DNA of 59,885 nt from Clostridia bacterium (GTDB taxonomy: Bacteria > Bacillota > Clostridia > Christensenellales > RUG350), in assembly GCA_017631635.1 (NCBI GenBank), contig JAGBSX010000028.1:1-59885 (forward strand), written 5' to 3'. Numbering within the stretch: the stretch's first letter is position 1; each line of letters opens with the position of its first letter. The notes beneath the pieces are model-generated. The model saw nothing but the letters and a program-made list of their open reading frames with translations, did no database searches and had not been told where the DNA came from. The translations under genes and the position numbers were made by a program. Below are positions 50,465-58,263 of this stretch, in pieces.

Positions 50465-52111
50465 ATGATGGACAATATGGTATTCAACATTATATCACCT
50501 CTCAAGTTGTGGGAGGACTTCAATCCACTAGCCGAGCCACTAGAGGTCAATCTAGTCAAAGAGAGTGTGGATGAAGAAGTGGTGACCAAGACTATGTATT
50601 TCACCGCCGAACGCACCCCTGACGGAGTAGTGCGTGCTTTTGCCGAGGTGTATTATCCTGCGTCTGCTAGCGAGAGAAGTTTGCCTGTCATAGTGTATAT
50701 CCCACCCGTGAGAGAAGGAATAGATGATACTCTCATTAGGCGTACTTGCCTAGAGGGATACGTCGTGATTAGAGTGGATTATGCTGGCGAGTGCGAGGGC
50801 AAGGTGCACCATACTATGTATCCTACCTCGCTGAGATATTGCAATTACTCCTCGGCAGGGGAGCATATCAACAAGGTGCTAGGTACTGCTAGAAATACTA
50901 CTTGGTATCATTGGGCTATCGTCGTGCGTAGGGCTATCACTTTGGCTAGCACACTAGACGTGGTAGATATGTCTAGAGTGATGGTAATGGGTAGCGAAGA
51001 GGGATCGTATCTGATGTGGCAAGTGTCTGCTATGGACGGTAGAGTGTCTAGAGCAGTCAGCCTGATAGGGTATATTCCCAAGACTCCTGACGATATCGGC
51101 GAAGATGAGAGAGATGCTTGGCTATCCTGTATAGATCCTAGGTCTTATTCACAATATATATCTATCCCTATCCTATACGTGCAGGCTACTGACAATCCTC
51201 ACGCTAGCCCTGACGTCATGCAGGAGATAATAGCCAACCTCATAGACGGTACTTACGTGAGACATACTCATAGCGTAGGCTACGAGAATACTATCACGCT
51301 AGACGATTATGAGACGGTGCTATCCTTTGCTAGACAGATGAGAGAAGAGGTAGAACTCATAGAGCCTACTCTCACCATAGAGGTAGAGGGAAATAGCGTA
51401 GTGGCTAGACTAGACACCTGTGGCGCAGATGCCAACGTAGTGGAGATATGGCAATCACACAAGAGTGATAGTGGCTTTACCAAATGGAAATCTCTCAACC
51501 TAACGCAAGTAGAAGAGGGAGTATATACAGCCTCCGTGAGAGTGTACGAGGCAGAGCAAGAGGTATTTGTCGTAGGCAAGGTGTACTTGTCTACTGGTAC
51601 GTTGTCTACCGACCTAGAGAGCGTCATATTGCCTCCAGATAGCCCTGCTATCAAGCCTAGACTTCGCAACAAGGTCATATACAATACTGGTATGTCCTTG
51701 TCCGAATTGCACGTAGGAGCAAATACTACGGTGTTAGACAGAGATTATCTCTCTATCAAGAAAGGTGCGCTAGACCTACTGGGCGTAGCAGTCAAGGGTG
51801 GATGTCTAGTGCTCAAGAGAGATGAGGATAGACATATAGAGACGGATTCTCTCACTTGTATACAACTAGATGTCTATGCGACTGACGAAGAAGATATCTT
51901 CGTCAAAGTGTACGAGATAGACGAAGGGGAGTATAGAGAGTACAATGCTACCTACCACGTAGAGGGCGAGGACAACTGGCAGAGAATACGTATAGAACTA
52001 AATACTCTCAAAGACAAGAATAATCAAGTCATGCCTGACTGGGAGTTGTATCGAGAGGTGCAAATCAGCGGTATAGAGAGGGTGTTGGTCAACAATATCC
52101 AATGGCTATGA
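50465..52111 (+). CDS. Alpha/beta-hydrolase-fold protein with C-terminal beta-rich domains
   Basis: PVIVYI, GY....DY.G, RRAIT......VD..RV.VMG; C-terminal WQR.RI.L..LK is reminiscent of CBM/CIA30-like domains. Confidence 0.55.
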   Translation: MMDNMVFNIISPLKLWEDFNPLAEPLEVNLVKESVDEEVVTKTMYFTAERTPDGVVRAFAEVYYPASASERSLPVIVYIPPVREGIDDTLIRRTCLEGYVVIRVDYAGECEGKVHHTMYPTSLRYCNYSSAGEHINKVLGTARNTTWYHWAIVVRRAITLASTLDVVDMSRVMVMGSEEGSYLMWQVSAMDGRVSRAVSLIGYIPKTPDDIGEDERDAWLSCIDPRSYSQYISIPILYVQATDNPHASPDVMQEIIANLIDGTYVRHTHSVGYENTITLDDYETVLSFARQMREEVELIEPTLTIEVEGNSVVARLDTCGADANVVEIWQSHKSDSGFTKWKSLNLTQVEEGVYTASVRVYEAEQEVFVVGKVYLSTGTLSTDLESVILPPDSPAIKPRLRNKVIYNTGMSLSELHVGANTTVLDRDYLSIKKGALDLLGVAVKGGCLVLKRDEDRHIETDSLTCIQLDVYATDEEDIFVKVYEIDEGEYREYNATYHVEGEDNWQRIRIELNTLKDKNNQVMPDWELYREVQISGIERVLVNNIQWL

Positions 52112-52119
52112 GGTAACGT

Positions 52120-52704
52120 ATGATGCATAGTAGCGAAAACCAAAATCAAATGGTGTCGCCACCTGTACGCAGGGGGTTCTTTAGAGCATTTGTAGAGGAC
52201 TGGAGCGTTACTATTATCGTGATAGGATTGATGGCAATAGTGCTATTTTGGGTGATAGGAGTAGTACCTGTGAGTGGCAGGTCTATGCTACCCCTAGTGG
52301 AGAGTTATCAAGAACAAAACAATTACGTCATTACTTTGAGAAATGCCGAATATGATAGAGGAGACGTCATCATCATAGAGCACGCAGACAAACTGCTCAT
52401 CAAACGTGTCATAGCACTAGAGGGGGATACGGTATCCTTCGGCGCTAGGATGGAGGACGGTAGGATAGTGTACTACACTCTAGTCAATGGAGTGGCGATA
52501 GACGAAGATTATATCCTAGAGCCTATGGTAGTGTGGCACGATTCGTATCTCACACCTATAGTGCTAGGAGAGGGTGAAGTGTACGTAATGGGTGACAATC
52601 GCAATCAGAGTGGCGATAGCAGAGATTACGGAGTTATGAAGACAGAAGATTATCAAGGCAAAGTAGTGTTGGTACTCAACCGTAGTGGTTGGATATGGCT
52701 GTGA
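52120..52704 (+). CDS. lepB: Signal peptidase I
   Basis: VSG.SM.P, RGDV, IKRVIA..GD, GDNR..S.DSR.YG. Confidence 0.93.
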   Translation: MMHSSENQNQMVSPPVRRGFFRAFVEDWSVTIIVIGLMAIVLFWVIGVVPVSGRSMLPLVESYQEQNNYVITLRNAEYDRGDVIIIEHADKLLIKRVIALEGDTVSFGARMEDGRIVYYTLVNGVAIDEDYILEPMVVWHDSYLTPIVLGEGEVYVMGDNRNQSGDSRDYGVMKTEDYQGKVVLVLNRSGWIWL

Positions 52705-52710
52705 GGAAAT

Positions 52711-52995
52711 ATGGATACAGTAGATAAATTGAGAGCAAAGATACAAGTAGGTACGGTATTGGCAGTAGTGTTGCTCACCATAGCAGTAGGACTATTGGCT
52801 GTGACAGGCGTATATAGGGGAGTGCTAGAGGAGAAAAAGACTGCTTTGCAAAATGAAATAGAGAAAATTAGACAAGATAGACAAAGCATATTGGATGAGA
52901 TAGAATATCGCACCTCCGAGGCTTATATAGAGGAATTCGCTAGGCAATACGGTATGCTACTAGATGGAGAGAGCAAGTATGTGCCTGCCGAGTGA
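52711..52995 (+). CDS. Septum formation initiator (DivIC/FtsB family)
   Basis: TM plus coiled coil plus YIEE.AR..GM...GE. Confidence 0.8.
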   Translation: MDTVDKLRAKIQVGTVLAVVLLTIAVGLLAVTGVYRGVLEEKKTALQNEIEKIRQDRQSILDEIEYRTSEAYIEEFARQYGMLLDGESKYVPAE

Positions 52996-53851
52996 CGTCA
53001 CGATATTTAACATAGGGTCAAATAGCCTCAAGATACTCAAGGTGGTAGACGGCGTAGCCTCCAAGAGCGCCGTGGTCACTAGACTGGGAGAGGGAGACGG
53101 GCTCACTCTCACCGAGGGGGCTATCAAGAGAACTTTGGATGCTATATCTGCCAATCTAGCAGAGATAGTAGGCAAGGTATACGCATTTGCTACAGAGGCT
53201 GTGCGTAGCGCGTCAAATAGAGATGATTTGCTCATACCTATCAGCCAAATGCTAGGCGTAGACGTGGAGGTATTGAGTGGAGAAGATGAGGCTAGATACG
53301 GATACCTAGGAGCATCTATGGGCAGGTCTGTCGTAGTCATAGACGTAGGTGGTGCTAGCACGGAGATAAGCGAAAGAGCAGATGCAGGTGTAAGCGTGCC
53401 TTTGGGCGCTCAGAGACTAAGGTCAACATACGGAGAAGATAGTCTAGCACTAGAGAAGATAGGTAGGCAAACTGCAGAGAATATCAACCTGTCTAGTGCA
53501 GACGGAGTAGTGTGTATAGGTGGTACTATCACGACTCTCACCTCAGCAATATTGGGGCAGAAGATATATGACGCTAGCCAAGTGCACGGAGCGAGAGTGA
53601 CGACCTTGGGACTCAGGGTGATACTAGATGATTTGGCTAGAATGACCGATAGTCAGAGAGTGGAGAAATACCCCACAATGCTAGGTAGAGAGAGCGTAAT
53701 CGTGAGCGCAGGATATTACCTAGTAGGACTACTAGAGGGGATAGGCAAGAGCGAGATAGAGGTCTCTGTGCTAGACGTCACGGAAGGATATCTATTTGAC
53801 AAAAGTGAATATATCCAAAAAAACTTTGTATTTAGACAAAAAAATAGTTGA
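52979..53851 (+). CDS. Ppx/GppA phosphatase family protein
   Basis: IGSNS, TRLGEG, ATEAVR.A.N, LSGE.EA...YLG, DVGGASTE, GGT.TT; start uncertain (52964 or 52979). Confidence 0.85.
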   Translation: MCLPSDVTIFNIGSNSLKILKVVDGVASKSAVVTRLGEGDGLTLTEGAIKRTLDAISANLAEIVGKVYAFATEAVRSASNRDDLLIPISQMLGVDVEVLSGEDEARYGYLGASMGRSVVVIDVGGASTEISERADAGVSVPLGAQRLRSTYGEDSLALEKIGRQTAENINLSSADGVVCIGGTITTLTSAILGQKIYDASQVHGARVTTLGLRVILDDLARMTDSQRVEKYPTMLGRESVIVSAGYYLVGLLEGIGKSEIEVSVLDVTEGYLFDKSEYIQKNFVFRQKNS

Positions 53852-53876
53852 CAAAAGATAAGTTTTACTATATTAT
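53848..53876 (+). promoter_or_regulatory. SigA promoter of the tRNA operon
   Basis: TTGACA, 17 bp, TATTAT. Confidence 0.75.
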
Positions 53877-53903
53877 TATCTAGCATCTTATGGATGTAGA
53901 TAT

Positions 53904-53980
53904 CGCGGAGTAGAGCAGTTGGTAGCTTGCCGGGCTCATAACCCGGAGGTCGTGAGGTTCAAGTCCCACCTCCGCAACCA
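53904..53980 (+). tRNA. tRNA-fMet (CAT), initiator
   Basis: C1:A72 mismatch, GGG/CCC anticodon stem, CAT anticodon, encoded CCA. Confidence 0.9.
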
Positions 53981-53986
53981 ATAAAT

Positions 53987-54063
53987 GGCGGCGTAGCTTA
54001 GCTGGTTAGAGCGGCCGGTTCATACCCGGCAGGTCATAGATTCGAATTCTATCGCCGCCACCA
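53987..54063 (+). tRNA. tRNA-Met (CAT), elongator type
   Basis: GGCGGCG/CGCCGCC acceptor stem, TTCATAC loop, encoded CCA. Confidence 0.88.
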
Positions 54064-54138
54064 GTTCCATCAACAACGAGCCTCAGGGCTCGTTGTTGAT
54101 AAAAATTGACAGTCGGTCGAGAACGGTCGATTGTCCAC

Positions 54139-54213
54139 GGCCCCTTGGTCAAGCGGTCAAGACACCACCCTTTCACGGTAGTAACATGGGTTCGATTCCC
54201 GTAGGGGTCACCA
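54139..54213 (+). tRNA. tRNA-Glu (TTC)
   Basis: GGCCCCT/AGGGGTC acceptor stem, CTTTCAC loop, GGTTCGATTCC, encoded CCA. Confidence 0.95.
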
Positions 54214-54218
54214 AAAAG

Positions 54219-54250
54219 AAAAACACACCTGATTGGTGTGTTTTTGTTTT
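54219..54250 (+). terminator. Terminator of the tRNA operon
   Basis: AAAAACACACC-loop-GGTGTGTTTTTGTTTT. Confidence 0.8.
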
Positions 54251-54348
54251 AGTGAGAGTAGGGAATCGAACGGGTGGGGAGTCTTAAGACCTGAGTTGCC
54301 AGTGGCAAGTCAGCCACCCCGGCATGATAGCGAAGCGGAGTGATTCTA

Positions 54349-54363
54349 CGTAGGGGTCACCAA
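54349..54363 (+). repeat. 15-bp direct repeat of the tRNA-Glu 3' end (att-like)
   Basis: CGTAGGGGTCACCAA identical to 54200-54214. Confidence 0.9.
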
Positions 54364-54365
54364 TC

Positions 54366-54401
54366 AAAACCTAAAACGAATATATCGTTTTAGGTTTTTT
54401 T
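54366..54401. terminator. Terminator-like hairpin after the att-like repeat
   Basis: AAAACCTAAAACGA-loop-TCGTTTTAGGTTTTTTT. Confidence 0.7.
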
Positions 54402-54538
54402 ATTTGCAAAATTTGCGTTTTACCGATTAAAGCGAAAAGATACGGCCTTACTTTTCAGAAGGCAGACTATGCAGTTTAGCAAAACACGTTAAGAAATAAA
54501 AACAGTTTGCCGAAAGGTGAACTTTTTTTAAGATAGCC

Positions 54539-54592
54539 TTGACAAAAAGCAATGCAATATGATATCATTATATCTAGATATTTAGATATCAT
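54539..54592 (+). promoter_or_regulatory. Promoter and candidate operator of the RHH-hsd operon
   Basis: TTGACA 54539-44, TG-extended TATCAT 54563-68; palindromes ATGATATCAT and TATCTAGATA; repeated AGATAT. Confidence 0.55.
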
Positions 54593-54607
54593 GAAAGGAG
54601 AATTATC

Positions 54608-54793
54608 TTGCGTAAAGCCTTAAAGAAAGAACGCACTAAACAAGTGCAGTTTCGTATGCCAGAAGAACTTCATCTTGAACTAAGAAAAGCCTTGCTTGAT
54701 AGTGGTATGAGTATGGCGGACTTGTTTAATGAAACGGCAAAGAATTACATTAAAAAGCAAATAGTTAAGAAAGGAGAAAAGGACAATGCCTAA
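54608..54793 (+). CDS. Ribbon-helix-helix (Arc/CopG-like) DNA-binding protein
   Basis: KQVQFRMPEELHLELR.....G.SMADL; AAAGGAG SD, TTG start; overlaps the hsdM start. Confidence 0.7.
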   Translation: MRKALKKERTKQVQFRMPEELHLELRKALLDSGMSMADLFNETAKNYIKKQIVKKGEKDNA

Positions 54794-56390
54794 AAAAACG
54801 ACAGAAGAAAAAATCAACTTAGAATCTATACTGTTTAAGTGTCGTGATATCTTGCGTAAGGCAAGAAATTCGGGCTCGTTCTTTGAAAAGCGCGATATGA
54901 TGTTGACACTCGTATTTTTGCGTTTTATTGGCGAAAAATTCGAAGACGGCACAGTCAAACTCCGTCAAACCCTTATTGAACAAGGTCTTGACCCTGATGA
55001 TGAAGAAATATTTAAGGCATTCTTTGACGATGCCACCTTTACAGATGGCACGTATAATTTGCCCGTAGAAGCGCGTTGGTCTACCATTATCAATACACCT
55101 GCGCCCAAACTCAACGTCGCACTTGATACCGCACTTCATAGCATTGCCGCAAGCAGTACGCAACTTAAAGGCTGTTTCGTAGAAGGCACGTTCACTACGC
55201 GTAATCTGGCTCCCAACGACATCAAACAAGTCGTGGACGAAATAAATAAAATTAGCCATAAAGCCTTTGGCGAAGAAAAAGACTTAATCGGTCGTGTATA
55301 CGAATACTTCTTAAAAGAATTTGCTGTAAATGCTACCAAGGAAGAAGGCGAATTTTACACTCCCCACGACGCAGTTCAGCTTATCGCTACTATGATAGAG
55401 CCTTTTGACGGCACGTTATATGACCCCTGCTGTGGTTCAGGCGGTATGTTTGTTCAAAGCACCGACCTGGTTAGAGAAAAACACGGAGATATTAGCCGTA
55501 TCAACGTTTACGGCCAAGAAAAAGAAGCCGCTACCTATCGTTTGGCAAAAATGAACCTTGCTCTTCGCGGTATCAGCCATAACCTTGGCGAAGCCAGCGA
55601 TTCTTCTTTTACGCACGACTTGCATAAGGGTATTTACTTTGACTATATTATGGCGAATCCACCTTTCAACTTGAAGGGTTGGTACGACGATAACCTGAAA
55701 AACGATTCCCGTTGGGCGGATTATACCACGCCCCCCGATAGTAACGCTAACTATGCGTGGATTTTGCATATGCTCTCCCACTTAAAGCCCTTGAAAGGCG
55801 TAGCAGGTTTCTTGCTTGCAAACGGTGCTTTGGGTGATAGCGATACGCTTGCAATCCGTCAAAAACTCATTGAAAACGACAAGGTGGAAGCGATTATCAT
55901 TCTTCCCCGAGAACTGTTTATTACGACGGATATAAGCGTAACCCTTTGGATTTTGAACCAAAACAAGAAAGGCAGCGAATACCACGGCATAACCTTGCTC
56001 AACCGTGAACACGAAATCCTGTTTATGGACTTGCGTCAATGGACGGAAAACCACGTTTCGGGCGAACAAAAGAAAAAAGTACGCTTGGACGATACGCAGA
56101 TTGCACGCGCCGCAGAAATCTACCACACTTGGCAAAGCGAAGGCACGGACGGAACGAATTATGCCGTACCCGAACTCTATCGTAGCGTTGGGATAGCTGA
56201 AATCGAAAGAAACGGTTGGACGCTTGTACCCAGCAAGTATATCGAGTTTATCGACCACGATTTGGATATCAACTTCCCTGCGGAAATGGCGCGTATTCAA
56301 GGCGAAATGAAAGAAATTCTCGCGCAAGAAAAGGAATCGCAAAAGATGTTGGGAAATGCTTTCAAGGGGATTGGCTATGGCATTGACTAA
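54786..56390 (+). CDS. hsdM: Type I R-M methyltransferase subunit
   Basis: GEFYTP, YDPCCGSGGMF, YGQE, MANPPFN, NANYAWI.H. Confidence 0.96.
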   Translation: MPKKTTEEKINLESILFKCRDILRKARNSGSFFEKRDMMLTLVFLRFIGEKFEDGTVKLRQTLIEQGLDPDDEEIFKAFFDDATFTDGTYNLPVEARWSTIINTPAPKLNVALDTALHSIAASSTQLKGCFVEGTFTTRNLAPNDIKQVVDEINKISHKAFGEEKDLIGRVYEYFLKEFAVNATKEEGEFYTPHDAVQLIATMIEPFDGTLYDPCCGSGGMFVQSTDLVREKHGDISRINVYGQEKEAATYRLAKMNLALRGISHNLGEASDSSFTHDLHKGIYFDYIMANPPFNLKGWYDDNLKNDSRWADYTTPPDSNANYAWILHMLSHLKPLKGVAGFLLANGALGDSDTLAIRQKLIENDKVEAIIILPRELFITTDISVTLWILNQNKKGSEYHGITLLNREHEILFMDLRQWTENHVSGEQKKKVRLDDTQIARAAEIYHTWQSEGTDGTNYAVPELYRSVGIAEIERNGWTLVPSKYIEFIDHDLDINFPAEMARIQGEMKEILAQEKESQKMLGNAFKGIGYGID

Positions 56391-57498
56391 ATATAAATTG
56401 GGCGATTTGATAGAGCCGCGCGATGTGAGAAACTTTGACAATTTACTCACACTTGACAACCTTAAAGGCATTTCAACAAACAAAGAATTTATAGAAACAA
56501 AAGCCGATATGGACGGGGTAAATCTATCGTCGTATAAGGTTGTGAATGAAGGTGAATTTGCTTATGTTGCCGATACTTCAAGGCGAGGTGAAAAAATAGC
56601 TCTTGCGTTCAATAAAAGCAGTCAGGCGTATTTGATATCATCTATTTATACGGTTTTTCGAGTATCAAGAAAAGAATTGATACTTCCCGATTACTTGTTT
56701 ATGTATTTTAACCGCCCGGAGTTTGACCGTTATGCGCGGTTCAACTCTTGGGGTTCGGCAAGAGAAACTTTTTCGTGGGAAGATATGTGCGATATTGATA
56801 TCGAACTTCCTGACTTACCTACGCAACAAAAATATGTTGATATATATAACGCAATGGTGACAAATCAACAAATTTATGAGCGTGGCTTGGAAGACTTAAA
56901 ACTTGTCTGCGACGGCTACATTGATAAAATTAAACATACTTCGCCATATAAGCCCATTCGCATGTTATTGAAAGAAGTAGATATTCGCAACACTAATGGA
57001 GAAATAACGTTTGTACACGGAATTAATATCACCAAACAATTTATGCCTTCTGTTGCTGATACAGATAATGTTGATTTAACAAAATATAAAAAAGTGAAGA
57101 AAAATCAGTTTGCATTCTCGGGAATGCAGACAGGAAGAGATGAATGTATTCGGATTGCGCTAAATAGAAGCAATGAAGATATTATAGTTTCTCCCGCATA
57201 TACAGTTTTTGAAGTTCTGGATACAACTATACTAGAAGAATACATCATGCTGTGGTTTTCACGAAAACAAAGCGATAGGCGTGGGTGGTTTATGAGCGAT
57301 TCAAGCATTCGTTCTAATCTTGACTTAGATAGACTTTATGAAACACAAATACCTATCCCTGCTCCCCAAATACAGCAGGCGATTGTTAATATTTACAAAG
57401 TATACATTGAGCGTAAAGAAATCAACGAAAAACTAAAAGCACAAATTAAAGACATTTGCCCTATACTCATCAAGGGTTCATTAGAAGAAGGAAAATAA
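56377..57498 (+). CDS. hsdS: Type I R-M specificity subunit
   Basis: Two TRD-like halves, each ending in P....QQ..V.IY; overlaps the hsdM stop. Confidence 0.9.
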   Translation: MALTKYKLGDLIEPRDVRNFDNLLTLDNLKGISTNKEFIETKADMDGVNLSSYKVVNEGEFAYVADTSRRGEKIALAFNKSSQAYLISSIYTVFRVSRKELILPDYLFMYFNRPEFDRYARFNSWGSARETFSWEDMCDIDIELPDLPTQQKYVDIYNAMVTNQQIYERGLEDLKLVCDGYIDKIKHTSPYKPIRMLLKEVDIRNTNGEITFVHGINITKQFMPSVADTDNVDLTKYKKVKKNQFAFSGMQTGRDECIRIALNRSNEDIIVSPAYTVFEVLDTTILEEYIMLWFSRKQSDRRGWFMSDSSIRSNLDLDRLYETQIPIPAPQIQQAIVNIYKVYIERKEINEKLKAQIKDICPILIKGSLEEGK

Positions 57499-57501
57499 AA
57501 T

Positions 57502-58242
57502 ATGACAAACTTACTAAAGCGAATAGATGAAATAGTAAAAGCGCTTGAGAATAATTATTACCCCGAAATTACCTACAAGAAAAACTTGTTTGAGATAAGG
57601 CAAATTATTCTTTCTACGGTTGGACGGGTAAGCGATTCTTTCGCTGCATATGAGGAAATTGCGAAAGCAAAAATTGATTATTGTACAGCGAATGAATATT
57701 TAATAGGTGTTTTGAAGGGACTCAAAGCTCATTTACAATTACAAATGAATACAAATAAACGCTACCAAGTATTCATTAGTTCAACATATTTAGACTTAAT
57801 CGATTATCGAAAAGCGGTATCGGATGAAATTACCTTTCGAGGACATATTCCAGCTGGTATGGAAGACTTTACGGCGTGTGGTGAAGATTTAGAAACGTAT
57901 ATTAAACATGTAATAGACGAATCGGATTATTACGTACTTATTATTGGACAGCGTTTTGGTTCTTCTATCCCTACGGATGAAAATGTTAGCTATACCATGA
58001 TGGAATATGAATACGCAAAGTCGAAAGGAATGAGAATTATTCCGTTGATATATAGCGGAAAACAAGATTTAGAAGGAAACGACTTAGACGTCAATAAAGA
58101 TAAATTTGACAAATTTGTTTCAAAAATTAAGACAAAAACACCACAGTATTTCAAAGACGAAAACGAGTTGATTAGAAATCTAACCAAAGCACTCGAATTA
58201 GAAATTAAAAATCATCCCCAAAAAGGTTGGATAAGATTGTAA
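57502..58242 (+). CDS. DUF4062 domain protein (TIR/NDT-like fold) with an N-terminal helical extension
   Basis: YQVFISSTY.DL...R, P.GME.F, IDESDYYVLIIG.R.GS, SYT..EY.YA. Confidence 0.85.
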   Translation: MTNLLKRIDEIVKALENNYYPEITYKKNLFEIRQIILSTVGRVSDSFAAYEEIAKAKIDYCTANEYLIGVLKGLKAHLQLQMNTNKRYQVFISSTYLDLIDYRKAVSDEITFRGHIPAGMEDFTACGEDLETYIKHVIDESDYYVLIIGQRFGSSIPTDENVSYTMMEYEYAKSKGMRIIPLIYSGKQDLEGNDLDVNKDKFDKFVSKIKTKTPQYFKDENELIRNLTKALELEIKNHPQKGWIRL

Positions 58243-58263
58243 ATCCCACTACGGAGAAAGACT

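Noticed and set aside
18600-53851. Alternative genetic code suggested by the odd codon usage
   Set aside because: Conserved proteins (Rho, ArgS, Mfd, AlaS) translate with intact motifs and normal stops under code 11; a rare-codon reassignment cannot be excluded without an alignment-based test
54093-54287. 64-aa ORF
   Set aside because: Overlaps tRNA-Glu and its terminator
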